A DNA stretch of 32,000 bases from Ignavibacteriales bacterium (GTDB lineage Bacteria; Bacteroidota; Ignavibacteria; UBA10030), in assembly GCA_031406095.1 (NCBI GenBank), contig JANOGR010000137.1, positions 1 through 32,000 of the forward strand, given 5' to 3'. The notes below the pieces were generated by a model. That model saw only the letters and a list, made by a program, of their open reading frames with translations, was not told where the DNA came from and ran no database searches. Of the stretch, positions 22,422 to 31,791 are shown one piece after another (position 1 is the first letter of the stretch; each line of letters begins with the position of its first letter). Both the position numbers and the translations under genes were made by a program.

Positions 22422-23192
22422 ATGGTCCAGGAAATTGCGACGGTTACGGGAAGAAACGAAGTTGCGGATGGCATATATGTTGTAAAGTTTTCGTCTGCGC
22501 ACATCTCACGAACATCGCTTCCGGGCCAGTTTGTGAATGTCCGAGTTGGGAACGGATTTCTGCCCCTGCTCCGAAGGCCTTTCAGTGTATGTCGTACGCA
22601 GGATGACGAAGCTGAAATCGTCTTCAACATCGTCGGCGAAGGGACCCGCATCCTTTCCGAAAAGGAGCCCGGCGAGAAAATCGACGTGCTCGGACCGCTC
22701 GGCACTCCATTCGGATATCAAAAGGGTGTCGATACGGCTATCATGGTCGCGGGAGGTTTGGGTGTTGCTCCTTTTCCTCTGCTCACCCAGAAAATAAGAA
22801 ATCAAGTCAAAAGAATTGAAACGTTTGTCGGTGCGGCGACAGGGCGCAAGCTTTGGACTGAACACCTGGAAAACGTGCACGCAGCCACCGACGACGGAAC
22901 GAAAGGATTCAGGGGAACGGTCGTAGCACAGCTCGCAGAGTTTCTTGAGTCAAACAAAGTTCTTCACCCCAAGATATTTGGCTGCGGGCCCACACGCATG
23001 CTCCACGCGCTTTCAGACCTTGCAAAGCGGTATGAAATTGCATGCGACCTCTCCCTGGAGGGCGACATGGCGTGCGGGATGGGAATTTGTCAGGGTTGTC
23101 CGGTGGAGCGCGTCAACGGCACCAAGAAGTACTCGCTCGTATGCACCGATGGCCCGACATTCGACAGCCGAGAAATCGTACTGCAGGCATGA
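22422..23192 (+). CDS. pyrK: Dihydroorotate dehydrogenase electron-transfer subunit PyrK
   Basis: It has an FNR-like fold (RRPFSV, GGLGVAPF) and a C-terminal 2Fe-2S motif CGMGICQGC...C. Confidence 0.9.
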   Translation: MVQEIATVTGRNEVADGIYVVKFSSAHISRTSLPGQFVNVRVGNGFLPLLRRPFSVCRTQDDEAEIVFNIVGEGTRILSEKEPGEKIDVLGPLGTPFGYQKGVDTAIMVAGGLGVAPFPLLTQKIRNQVKRIETFVGAATGRKLWTEHLENVHAATDDGTKGFRGTVVAQLAEFLESNKVLHPKIFGCGPTRMLHALSDLAKRYEIACDLSLEGDMACGMGICQGCPVERVNGTKKYSLVCTDGPTFDSREIVLQA

Positions 23193-24133
23193 CAAAGACT
23201 TCGTTCAAACTGAGGGATGTCGAGTTCAAAAACCGGGTTCTTGTGGCTTCGGGCACATTCGGCTACGGGGATGAGCTGAAAGACCTCGTAGACGTGAACA
23301 TGCTCGGCGGGATGATCACGAAATCGCTTTCTTGGAAGCCGCGTGATGGGAACCCTCCCGGGAGGATCGCCGAAACCACCGGCGGAATGCTCAATTCCAT
23401 AGGCCTTGCGAATATCGGAGTACATCATTTTGTCAAGGACAAACTCCCATATCTCAAAACGTTGAATACCGTCGTCATTGTCAACATTGCAGCGAGTTCG
23501 ATCGATGAGTACTGTGATGTTCTGAGTCTGCTTGACCAGGAAGCCGCCGTCGACGGGTTTGAGATCAACGTTTCGTGTCCGAATGTGAAGGAAGGCGGGC
23601 TGAGTTTCGGTACCGACTGTGACGCCACCGCAGAAATCACATCGCGCCTTCGTCGCCTGACGGAAAAACCGCTCATCATCAAACTCACACCGAATGTGAC
23701 GCACGTTTCAGAATTTGCGAAGGCTGTCGCCCGGGCAGGTGCGGATGCCGTGTCGCTCATTAACACCGTCATCGGGATGGCCGTCGACATCAAAACCAGG
23801 AAGCCCAGGCTGTCGACGGTCACCGGAGGGTTATCGGGTCCCGCAATCAAACCGATTGCTCTGGCAAAAGTCTATGAAGCTGCTCAATCTGTGGATATTC
23901 CCATCATCGGCATTGGAGGGATCGCGAGTGCAGAGGATGCGCTGGAATTTCTCCTGGTGGGTGCTTCGGCGGTTCAGATTGGAACCATGAACTACGTCGA
24001 TCCATCCGCCTCCGTCAAGATCGCGCAAGGTATGGCTGAGTTTGCCGCCAGGAACAACGTGGGCGACCTCGCAGAATTTGTCGGTGCACTCGACGCAAAT
24101 GTCGAGTTTTCGGTCCTGCAATCCTGGTTGTAA
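23189..24133 (+). CDS. pyrD: Dihydroorotate dehydrogenase catalytic subunit (class 1B PyrD)
   Basis: FKNRVLVASGTFGYG...NSIGLAN...NVSCPNV...GGLSGPAIKP...IGIGGI matches PyrD. The ATG at 23189 overlaps the pyrK stop codon (ATGA). The tracked ORF start at 23042 lies inside pyrK. Confidence 0.9.
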   Translation: MTKTSFKLRDVEFKNRVLVASGTFGYGDELKDLVDVNMLGGMITKSLSWKPRDGNPPGRIAETTGGMLNSIGLANIGVHHFVKDKLPYLKTLNTVVIVNIAASSIDEYCDVLSLLDQEAAVDGFEINVSCPNVKEGGLSFGTDCDATAEITSRLRRLTEKPLIIKLTPNVTHVSEFAKAVARAGADAVSLINTVIGMAVDIKTRKPRLSTVTGGLSGPAIKPIALAKVYEAAQSVDIPIIGIGGIASAEDALEFLLVGASAVQIGTMNYVDPSASVKIAQGMAEFAARNNVGDLAEFVGALDANVEFSVLQSWL

Positions 24134-24142
24134 CCAATTCTC

Positions 24143-25447
24143 TTGACCTCATACTCAGACGCCCTCCGTTTTCTGTACGGACTTCAAAAATTCGGAATGA
24201 AATTCGGCCTTCGAGGCATCCGTCAGCTGATGAATGGCCTCGACCATCCCCACCGGAAGTTTCAGACGATTCATGTTGCAGGAACGAATGGCAAGGGCTC
24301 TACGGCTTGTATGCTCGCCGCGATGTTCACCGCGGCCGGCTATAAGACGGGCCTGTATACCTCGCCACACCTTCTTGATTTCCGGGAAAGAATCAGAATC
24401 AACGGAAAACAAATCTCGGAAGCGAACGTCACGAGGCTTGTGAGACGATTGATGGGCGATGCCAAGAAACTTCGCTCAACGTTCTTCGAGGTGACGACAG
24501 CGCTTGCCTTCCAGTATTTTGCTGAAAAAAAAATCGACATAGCCGTCGTGGAGACTGGCCTTGGTGGAAGGCTGGATGCCACAAATGTCATCACTCCCCT
24601 GGTTTCGGCCATTACAGGTATCGGCCTCGAGCATACAGAGATTCTGGGAAAGACGATCGAGAAAATTACCCTAGAAAAGGCCGGTATTATCAAACGCAAT
24701 GTTCCATGTGTGAGCGGAGTGGACATGCCGAACGCCAGACGCATCCTCCTCGATGTGTGCAAAAATAGGGGGTCGACATTGGTGGATTCCGGTGCGATGA
24801 AATGGAAACTCCGGAGTTCAACTCTCGACGGCATGGTCGTCGATCTTCGCCTGCGGGATTGCAGCATTGAAAATCTGAAAATCGACCTTGCGGGCTCGTT
24901 CCAAGTGAAGAATGCTGTCATTGCAATCCTGGCCGCCCAAATCGCTGCAAAGCGGATGAAGACAACCCTCTCTGAAAAAAATATTCGAAATGGATTGTCG
25001 AGGGTCAGAAGGTTGACGGGATTTCAAGGCCGGTTGGATGTTGTGAAAAAGCATCCGTTGGTTATTGCAGACGTAGCCCACAATCCCCAGGCGATACAAA
25101 GCCTGGTTGGGTCGTTGGCCGATGCGGGCTTCAAAAAAGTCGACTTGGTGTTCGGCGTTCTCAAGGACAAAGACTACGCTTCGATGATCGATGCCCTGAG
25201 AACGATCGTACGAAAATGCTACGTTGTGACCCCCAAAACCGAGAGAGCCCGGACTGGAATTGAACTAGCGGAGGAATTCCGGTTTCGTTTTGTCCATGTC
25301 AGCGGTGTCGACAGTGTGTCACGCGGCGTTCAACGTGCCATCGAATCCAGTGATAGCACACCGATAGTCATTACGGGTTCGAATTTCGTTGTCGCTGAAG
25401 CACTAGCATTCCTACGGGGGAAAAAATACTTGACAATAAACCAGTAA
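24143..25447 (+). CDS. folC: Bifunctional folylpolyglutamate synthase / dihydrofolate synthase
   Basis: IHVAGTNGKGST...YTSPHL...ETGLGGRLDATNV...DVAHNP matches FolC. The start codon is TTG. Confidence 0.9.
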   Translation: MTSYSDALRFLYGLQKFGMKFGLRGIRQLMNGLDHPHRKFQTIHVAGTNGKGSTACMLAAMFTAAGYKTGLYTSPHLLDFRERIRINGKQISEANVTRLVRRLMGDAKKLRSTFFEVTTALAFQYFAEKKIDIAVVETGLGGRLDATNVITPLVSAITGIGLEHTEILGKTIEKITLEKAGIIKRNVPCVSGVDMPNARRILLDVCKNRGSTLVDSGAMKWKLRSSTLDGMVVDLRLRDCSIENLKIDLAGSFQVKNAVIAILAAQIAAKRMKTTLSEKNIRNGLSRVRRLTGFQGRLDVVKKHPLVIADVAHNPQAIQSLVGSLADAGFKKVDLVFGVLKDKDYASMIDALRTIVRKCYVVTPKTERARTGIELAEEFRFRFVHVSGVDSVSRGVQRAIESSDSTPIVITGSNFVVAEALAFLRGKKYLTINQ

Positions 25448-25458
25448 TGGTCTATATT
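25430..25458 (+). promoter_or_regulatory. Near-consensus sigma70 promoter for rho, embedded in the 3' end of folC
   Basis: The sequence reads TTGACA, then 17 nt, then TATATT. The spacer contains the folC stop codon. Confidence 0.65.
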
Positions 25459-25631
25459 ACCATCGCAGTAGTTCATAGATTCTTCTCGAAGTACATCCAA
25501 CCACGCACACTCAATTTCAATTTCTCGTCTCCCGGCCTAGTAATTTCAAACAGGACTGAGGTAGCTGGTCCTCGAAACGACCCTCAAAATCTATATTTCC
25601 CTTCGCTTAATCTCTAAGGAGCAGTATCGGT
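25459..25631 (+). promoter_or_regulatory. rho 5' leader with a C-rich, G-poor (rut-like) tract at 25492-25533
   Basis: The tract tacatccaaccacgcacactcaatttcaatttctcgtctccc has 17 C and 2 G in 42 nt. An AAGGAG RBS lies just before the ATG. Confidence 0.5.
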
Positions 25632-26885
25632 ATGCCAATGGACATTACTGAGTTAAAGTCCAAAAAAATCGCGGAGCTGAATCAGATCGCGAAAGACATG
25701 AACATCGCGGGATACAGCGAAATGCGGAAACAGGATCTCATTTTCAAGATTCTCGAAGCCCAGACTGAAAAAGACGGGCTCAGCTTCAGCAAAGGCGTGC
25801 TTGAGGTTTTGCCGGACGGGTATGGGTTTCTCAGGTCGGTGGGTTACAGTTATCTCCCCTCGCCGGATGACATCTATGTTTCCCCCTCCCAGATCAAGAA
25901 ATTCGGATTGCGAACAGGTGACACCGTCAGCGGTCAAGTGAGGCCCCCCAAAGAAGGGGAGCGGTTTTTTGCCTTGCTGCGGGTCGAGGCCGTCAATGAT
26001 GAACACCCGGATGATATTCGGGATCGTGTCCTCTTTGAAAACCTCACACCTACCTACCCGCTGCATCGTATCAAACTTGAAACCGCACCAGGCGAATATT
26101 CAATGCGCATCATGGATTTGCTCTCGCCCATCGGAAAAGGCCAGCGTGGAATGATCGTGTCGCCGCCGAAGGCAGGTAAAACGATTCTGCTTCAAAAAAT
26201 CGCGAATAGTATTACCCGAAATCATCCGGAAGTGAAACTGATGATGCTTCTGATTGACGAGCGTCCTGAAGAAGTTACGGATATGGAGCGAACAGTCAGC
26301 GCCGAGGTGGTGAGTTCCACGTTTGATGAGCCGCCCGAACGACACGTGCAGGTATCCGATATGGTCCTCGACAAAGCCAAGCGATTGGTCGAGGCCAAAA
26401 AGGATGTGGTCATTCTCCTCGATAGCATTACCCGGCTCGCCCGTGCACACAATACGGTCGTCCCCCACAGCGGCAAGATTCTCTCGGGAGGCGTCGACGC
26501 CAACGCACTGCACAGGCCAAAACGCTTTTTCGGTGCGGCCCGAAATATCGAGGAAGGCGGAAGCCTTACGGTGATCGCTACCGCACTCGTCGATACCGGC
26601 AGCCGCATGGATGAAGTGATTTTTGAAGAATTTAAGGGAACCGGCAACATGGAGATCATCCTTGACCGTAAACTGAGCGACAAGAGAATCTTCCCGGCCT
26701 TCGACGTCAACCGGTCCGGAACGCGCAAGGAAGAAATCCTCCTTGAAGAGGATGAACTCAATCGGGTGTGGATTCTACGGAAGCTCGTGAGTGACCTGAC
26801 GCCCGTGGATGCGATGGAATTCATCATGGAGAAGATGCGCGGCACGAAGTCCAACAAAGAGTTCCTGAAATCAATGAATAGTTAA
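25632..26885 (+). CDS. rho: Transcription termination factor Rho
   Basis: The N-terminus reads [19 protein letters not shown], and the RNA-binding OB region reads [14 protein letters not shown]. The Walker A motif is PPKAGKT. Further matches are [10 protein letters not shown] and [22 protein letters not shown]. Confidence 0.95.
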   Translation: MPMDITELKSKKIAELNQIAKDMNIAGYSEMRKQDLIFKILEAQTEKDGLSFSKGVLEVLPDGYGFLRSVGYSYLPSPDDIYVSPSQIKKFGLRTGDTVSGQVRPPKEGERFFALLRVEAVNDEHPDDIRDRVLFENLTPTYPLHRIKLETAPGEYSMRIMDLLSPIGKGQRGMIVSPPKAGKTILLQKIANSITRNHPEVKLMMLLIDERPEEVTDMERTVSAEVVSSTFDEPPERHVQVSDMVLDKAKRLVEAKKDVVILLDSITRLARAHNTVVPHSGKILSGGVDANALHRPKRFFGAARNIEEGGSLTVIATALVDTGSRMDEVIFEEFKGTGNMEIILDRKLSDKRIFPAFDVNRSGTRKEEILLEEDELNRVWILRKLVSDLTPVDAMEFIMEKMRGTKSNKEFLKSMNS

Positions 26886-26950
26886 AGGCTTTCCGGTGTC
26901 CACGCGCCGCATTGCATCCCCCTTCTGCCACTTCTTCGACACTCATTCCT

Positions 26951-28129
26951 ATGCCTGAAGCTGTCATCGTAAGCGCCTGTCGAACTCCCATCGGCTCGTT
27001 CATGGGCAGCCTCAGTTCTCTTTCTGCCACCCGACTGGGCGCTCTTGTTGTTGAAGAAGCCGTGAAACGTGCGGGCATCAAGAAGTCCGACGTTCAGGAA
27101 GTTATTATGGGAAATGTGCTCACAGCGGGAGAGGGTCAGGCCCCTGCGCGGCAGGCTGCGCTGTTCGCCGGTTTACCCGACTCGGTGGAATGCATGACCA
27201 TCAATAAGGTCTGTGGGTCCGGATTGAAGGCGGTCATGCTTGCTGCTCAGGCAATTCAGCTCGGCGACGCAGATATCATTGTGGCGGGAGGGATGGAAAG
27301 CATGTCCAACGCCCCGTATTTGCTGGAGAAGGGCCGCACAGGATTCCGCATGGGCAATGCCGAAGTTGTCGATTCGATGATCAAAGACGGGTTGTGGGAT
27401 GTCTATAACCAGTACCATATGGGAATCGCGGCTGAGCTTTGCGCGAAGGAGTGCGCTGTTCCCCGCGACGCTCAGGACGAGTTTGCGATTCTCAGCTACA
27501 AGCGTGCGCAATCTGCGAGTTCCGAGGGACGGTTCAAGGAAGAAATCGTGCCCGTGACTCTCAAAAGCAAAAAAGGCGATGAGGTGGTTACTCAGGACGA
27601 AGAGCCGTTCAAAACTGATTTCGCCAAGATCCCAAAACTCAAACCGGCATTTCAGGAAGGCGGAACGGTGACGGCAGCGAATGCCTCGAAGATCAATGAT
27701 GGAGCGGCCGCTGTCGTCGTGATGTCAAAAGAAAAGGCTCAACAACTCGGCGTGAAGCCCATTGCCCGTATTCTCGGCTATGCTTCGTCGGCAAAAAAAC
27801 CTGAATGGTTTACTACGGCTCCCGCCGATGTCATCCCGAAAGTCCTTCAAAGGATAAAATTGAAAAAAGAAGACATCGATTTGTTCGAAATTAACGAAGC
27901 TTTCGCGGTCGTTGCCCTGGCGGTAAATAAGATACTGGGTTTGGACCTCGACAAAGTCAATGTGAACGGCGGTGCAGTCGCGCTCGGTCATCCCATCGGT
28001 GCAAGCGGGACAAGAATTCTCGTGACTTTGCTGCATGCTCTGAAACAGCGACAAAAGATGCGAGGGATGGCGGCAATTTGCATCGGAGGCGGCGAGGCAG
28101 CGGGAATGGTTGTCGAGTTGCTCACTTAG
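26951..28129 (+). CDS. Acetyl-CoA C-acetyltransferase (thiolase II)
   Basis: VIVSACRTPIGSF...INKVCGSGLKA...NGGAVALGHPIGASG...CIGGGEA matches thiolase. I placed the start at the ATG at 26951. Confidence 0.9.
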   Translation: MPEAVIVSACRTPIGSFMGSLSSLSATRLGALVVEEAVKRAGIKKSDVQEVIMGNVLTAGEGQAPARQAALFAGLPDSVECMTINKVCGSGLKAVMLAAQAIQLGDADIIVAGGMESMSNAPYLLEKGRTGFRMGNAEVVDSMIKDGLWDVYNQYHMGIAAELCAKECAVPRDAQDEFAILSYKRAQSASSEGRFKEEIVPVTLKSKKGDEVVTQDEEPFKTDFAKIPKLKPAFQEGGTVTAANASKINDGAAAVVVMSKEKAQQLGVKPIARILGYASSAKKPEWFTTAPADVIPKVLQRIKLKKEDIDLFEINEAFAVVALAVNKILGLDLDKVNVNGGAVALGHPIGASGTRILVTLLHALKQRQKMRGMAAICIGGGEAAGMVVELLT

Positions 28130-28150
28130 AGATTTGAATAGAGGATACCC

Positions 28151-29020
28151 GTGTCAGACCAAAAAATCAGCAAGATTGCGGTCATAGGTTCCGGAACGAT
28201 GGGAAACGGCATTGCCCACGTGTTTGCACAGTATGGCCATAGTGTTCTTCTGAACGATATCAAGAAGGAACTTCTTGACCGGGCTTTGAACACGATTCAA
28301 TCCAACCTTGACCGCCAGGTGAAGAAGGGAACCATCACCGACAAGCAGAAGCAGGACACGCTGGCAAACATCGCATGCACGACAGACCTCGAAGAAGCTG
28401 CGCAAGCTGCCGACTTTGTCGTTGAAGCGGCCACGGAGAATGAGAGCGTCAAGAAAGAAATCTTTCGCACCCTCGATAAGAAAACAAATCGCGGCGTTAT
28501 TCTCGCTTCGAACACATCGTCGATTTCCATCACGGCTTTGGCAGCTGTGACCTCAAGACCGGATAAAGTCATCGGGATGCATTTCATGAACCCCGTTCCG
28601 GTGATGAAGCTTGTCGAGGTCATCCGGGGACTCTCCACTTCGAACGAGACCTATGCAACAGTCAAAAGCCTCACGGAAAAACTTGAAAAGACCCCGGTGG
28701 AAGTCAGCGATTATCCGGGGTTTGTGTCGAACCGGGTTTTGCTGCCCATGCTGAACGAAGCGATGTTCTGCGTCATGGAAGGTGTGGCCGCGCCTGAAGC
28801 GATTGACACCGTGATGAAGCTTGGCATGAACCATCCGATGGGTCCGCTGCAGCTGGCGGATTTCATCGGGCTGGATGTTTGCCTCTCCATCATGAATGTG
28901 CTGCACGAAGGCCTCGGCGACTCGAAATACAGGCCGTGCCCGCTTCTCAAGAAAATGGTGGCGGCGGGGCATTTGGGCAGGAAGACGGGCAAGGGATTCT
29001 ACGACTATACGCAGAAATGA
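28151..29020 (+). CDS. hbd: 3-hydroxybutyryl-CoA dehydrogenase
   Basis: [14 protein letters not shown]...NTSSISIT...[13 protein letters not shown]...GFVSNR...GRKTGKGFY matches Hbd. The start codon is GTG. Confidence 0.9.
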   Translation: MSDQKISKIAVIGSGTMGNGIAHVFAQYGHSVLLNDIKKELLDRALNTIQSNLDRQVKKGTITDKQKQDTLANIACTTDLEEAAQAADFVVEAATENESVKKEIFRTLDKKTNRGVILASNTSSISITALAAVTSRPDKVIGMHFMNPVPVMKLVEVIRGLSTSNETYATVKSLTEKLEKTPVEVSDYPGFVSNRVLLPMLNEAMFCVMEGVAAPEAIDTVMKLGMNHPMGPLQLADFIGLDVCLSIMNVLHEGLGDSKYRPCPLLKKMVAAGHLGRKTGKGFYDYTQK

Positions 29021-29024
29021 CGGG

Positions 29025-30164
29025 ATGAACTTCGAATTCAGCGAAACGCAATTAATGATCAAAGAGATGGCGAGGAAGTTCGCCGAGGAAGAGCTCGCGC
29101 CGACGGCCATGGAACGCGATGAAAAAGAAGAATTCCCTTACGTGCAAGTCAAAAAAATGGGGGAACTCGGTCTGATGGGAATGATGGTGGAAGAAAAGTG
29201 GGAGGGAGCCGGCCTGGATACGGTCAGTTATGTTTTAGCGATGGAGGAGATCTCAAAAGTGGATGCTTCGGCCGGTGTGATCATGTCCGTGAACAACTCG
29301 CTCGTGTGCTGGGGAATCGATGTCCATGGTACAGAGGATCAAAGGGAGCGCTATCTTCGTGATCTGGCTTCGGGAAGAAAGCTTGGCGCTTTTGCGCTTT
29401 CTGAGCCGGAGGCGGGTTCCGATTCAACAAACCAGCATACATCGGCGAAGCGCGATGGAGACAATTACATTCTGAACGGGACCAAGAACTTCATTACGAA
29501 TGGCTCGAATGCCGACTTGGTTCTGGTGATGGCTGCAACGGACCGTACGAAGGGCGCAAAGGGCGTCAGCGCGTTTATCGTGGAAAAGAATTTTCCGGGA
29601 TTCTCGGTTGCCAAAAAGGAACGAAAGCTGGGAATTCGCAGCTCCGACACGGTCTCTATCGCATTTCAGGACTGTAAAGTCCCCGCCGCGAATTTGATCA
29701 GCCAGGAGGGAGCCGGAATGAAATTTGCCCTTTCGACGCTGGATGGCGGAAGGATCGGTATCGCAGCTCAGGCGCTTGGCATTGCCCAGGGAAGTCTTGA
29801 GGCCTCCATCAAGTTCAGCAAGGAACGAAAAGCATTCGGCAAGCCTATCGGGGAACTTCAGGCGATCCAGTTCAAACTGGCTGATATGGCCACGAATGTG
29901 GAAGCCGCCCGGATGCTTACCCTCAACGCGGCAGCCTTAAAGGATCGTGGTGAAAAATTCGGGCATGCATCGGCGATGGCAAAACTCTTCGCTTCACGAA
30001 TTGCTGTTCAGGCGGCGCTGGAAGCGATCCAGATTCATGGCGGATATGGGTACGTCCGTGAATACAAAGTAGAACGCTTCCTGAGGGACGCAAAGATCAC
30101 GGAGATTTACGAAGGTACATCGGAGATACAGCATATCGTGATAGCAAGACATTTACTTCAGTGA
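29025..30164 (+). CDS. Acyl-CoA dehydrogenase (short-chain/butyryl-CoA type)
   Basis: FALSEPEAGSD...GTKNFITNG...ERFLRDAKITEIYEGTSEIQ matches the family. I placed the start at the ATG at 29025. The tracked start at 28896 lies inside hbd. Confidence 0.9.
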   Translation: MNFEFSETQLMIKEMARKFAEEELAPTAMERDEKEEFPYVQVKKMGELGLMGMMVEEKWEGAGLDTVSYVLAMEEISKVDASAGVIMSVNNSLVCWGIDVHGTEDQRERYLRDLASGRKLGAFALSEPEAGSDSTNQHTSAKRDGDNYILNGTKNFITNGSNADLVLVMAATDRTKGAKGVSAFIVEKNFPGFSVAKKERKLGIRSSDTVSIAFQDCKVPAANLISQEGAGMKFALSTLDGGRIGIAAQALGIAQGSLEASIKFSKERKAFGKPIGELQAIQFKLADMATNVEAARMLTLNAAALKDRGEKFGHASAMAKLFASRIAVQAALEAIQIHGGYGYVREYKVERFLRDAKITEIYEGTSEIQHIVIARHLLQ

Positions 30165-30188
30165 ATCGAAGAACATTCAGGATGGCAG

Positions 30189-30213
30189 AGGCGATCGTGA
30201 GATCGCCTTTTTT
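30189..30213 (+). terminator. Intrinsic terminator after the acyl-CoA dehydrogenase gene
   Basis: The hairpin aggcgatc-gtga-gatcgcct is followed by tttttt. Confidence 0.75.
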
Positions 30214-30237
30214 GTTTAAACGAAGTTGACCGTGCAG

Positions 30238-30642
30238 CTATGATGCTTTGAAGGGGGAGCCGAGATACCGATGCAATCTCGCCTCCATATCTTTTGCACT
30301 TTCCGGTTTGACGACGAATTCGTTTGCTCCACAGTTGAGTGCAGTTTCCTCGTCTGATTTCGAATGGAGGGCGGTCACAATGATGATCGGCACTTTTTTC
30401 AGGCGTGCATCCTCACGGAATTTTCGGCAAAGCTCAAACCCGGACATCTCCGGCATCATCACATCAAGCAACACGAGGTCCGGGACGTGTTTTGCGATTG
30501 CCAAAAGGGCTTCCTCCGCGCTCCGGGCAAGAACCGGTTCATAACCGGCGTTGATCACATATCTTTTAGCCATCTGAAGAATTGTCTCTTCATCGTCGAC
30601 AACCAGCACCGTCTTCCGTATTTCGCCTGATTGGGTCGTCAT
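30238..30642 (-). CDS. Single-domain CheY-like response regulator (134 aa)
   Basis: VLVVDDEETI...VLLDVMMPEMSGFEL...PIIIVTAL...VVKP matches the receiver domain pattern. I preferred the ATG at 30642 over the TTG at 30681. Confidence 0.85.
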   Translation of the reverse strand: MTTQSGEIRKTVLVVDDEETILQMAKRYVINAGYEPVLARSAEEALLAIAKHVPDLVLLDVMMPEMSGFELCRKFREDARLKKVPIIIVTALHSKSDEETALNCGANEFVVKPESAKDMEARLHRYLGSPFKAS

Positions 30643-30652
30643 AAACGAATGC

Positions 30653-30681
30653 AATCTAGCGAAGACGCTACGCAAAAGCAA
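30653..30681 (-). promoter_or_regulatory. Sigma70-type promoter for the response regulator
   Basis: The minus strand reads TTGCTT, then 17 nt, then TAGATT. The -10 box ends 10 nt before the ATG. Confidence 0.45.
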
Positions 30682-30691
30682 TCCGTGTTTC

Positions 30692-30720
30692 TTGTTTTTA
30701 GGCCGAACTTTTGGTAAAAT
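30692..30720 (+). promoter_or_regulatory. Sigma70-type promoter with an extended -10, for the beta-propeller gene
   Basis: The sequence reads TTGTTT, then 17 nt ending in TGG, then TAAAAT. The -10 box ends 8 nt before the ATG at 30729. Confidence 0.45.
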
Positions 30721-30728
30721 ATCGAGTC

Positions 30729-31769
30729 ATGTTTTCGAAATTCTTTTTTATTCTGCCGGTTTTGTTTCTGACGTGTATCAGCTCTGCACTCGAGTTGAAG
30801 AAAAAAATCAGAGGAAATATCGCTCCGAAATCCATTGTCCATTCCGGAACCGGACTCTTCTTTGCACAGAACATGATGTATAGACACTCGATCACCGTCT
30901 ACAACCGCGAGTATAACCTCGTGGCGACGATTCCGGACAAGATCAAATCTGACAAGCTCGATCCGTTAAAACATAGCGGAGAGTACCGCGGGGCCCCGGT
31001 TGAGGCGGCTTTCTCGCACAACGGCAAGTATGCCTGGGTTTCGAACTATCAGATGTTCGGCGCCGGTTTTACAAACCCTGGGAATGATTCCTGTGAATCC
31101 GGCAAGTTCGATATCAGTTATGTGTATCGGATCAACACGGAGACGTTGAAAATCGAAAAAGGTGTCGCTGTCGGATCGGTGCCCAAATACATTGCCGCAT
31201 CACCCGATAGTCGCTGGGTTCTCGTGAGCAACTGGTGCAGCGGCGACCTCAGTGTCATCGACACGGAACGTGACCTGGAAGTGAAGCGGATTCGACTTGG
31301 CCGCTATCCTCGCGGTATTGTGGTCGATTCCGCATCGACATTGGCATACGTGGCAGTCATGGGTTCTTACGACATTGCTGTGGTGAATCTTCATTCCTTT
31401 TCTGTTTCCTGGATAAGCGGAGTCGGCCGTTCTCCGAGACACCTGGCGCTTGACCCGGGCGGCAAATACCTTTACGCTTCTCTCAATGCTGAGAGTTCGA
31501 TCGCGAAAATCGACCTGGCAACAGGCCAAGTCGTCAAGAAAGTAAAAACGGGCGACACTCCCCGCAGCTTTGTCCTTTCAGAAAACGGCGAGTTTGCATA
31601 CGTCGCCAACTATGAATCAAACACGCTGAGCAAGATTGACTGCAAAGAAATGAAGGTTCTTGAAACAGTTGCGACAGATCATCATCCCATCGGAGTCACG
31701 TACGACCCTCAGGAGCGACAGGTATGGGTGTCTTGCTATTCCGGCACTATTTTGGTTTTTCAGGATTAA
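30729..31769 (+). CDS. Secreted YncE/YVTN-type beta-propeller repeat protein
   Basis: The signal peptide is MFSKFFFILPVLFLTCISSA. About 40-residue repeats recur, each with a P(R/K)..(A/V) core followed by a DG/D and a Y(V/A) strand. These include VPKYIAASPDSRWVLVSN, YPRGIVVDSASTLAYVAV, SPRHLALDPGGKYLYASL, TPRSFVLSENGEFAYVAN and HPIGVTYDPQERQVWVS. Confidence 0.75.
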   Translation: MFSKFFFILPVLFLTCISSALELKKKIRGNIAPKSIVHSGTGLFFAQNMMYRHSITVYNREYNLVATIPDKIKSDKLDPLKHSGEYRGAPVEAAFSHNGKYAWVSNYQMFGAGFTNPGNDSCESGKFDISYVYRINTETLKIEKGVAVGSVPKYIAASPDSRWVLVSNWCSGDLSVIDTERDLEVKRIRLGRYPRGIVVDSASTLAYVAVMGSYDIAVVNLHSFSVSWISGVGRSPRHLALDPGGKYLYASLNAESSIAKIDLATGQVVKKVKTGDTPRSFVLSENGEFAYVANYESNTLSKIDCKEMKVLETVATDHHPIGVTYDPQERQVWVSCYSGTILVFQD

Positions 31770-31791
31770 CGATGCAACAAAGGAACAAGAA

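Noticed and set aside
23042-23188. Upstream extensions of pyrD (23042), thiolase (26912), acyl-CoA dehydrogenase (28896) and the TPR lipoprotein (20513).
   Set aside because: The extensions overlap the preceding genes or precede an obvious signal peptide or conserved N-terminus. Internal ATGs at 23189, 26951, 29025 and 20552 give canonical N-termini.
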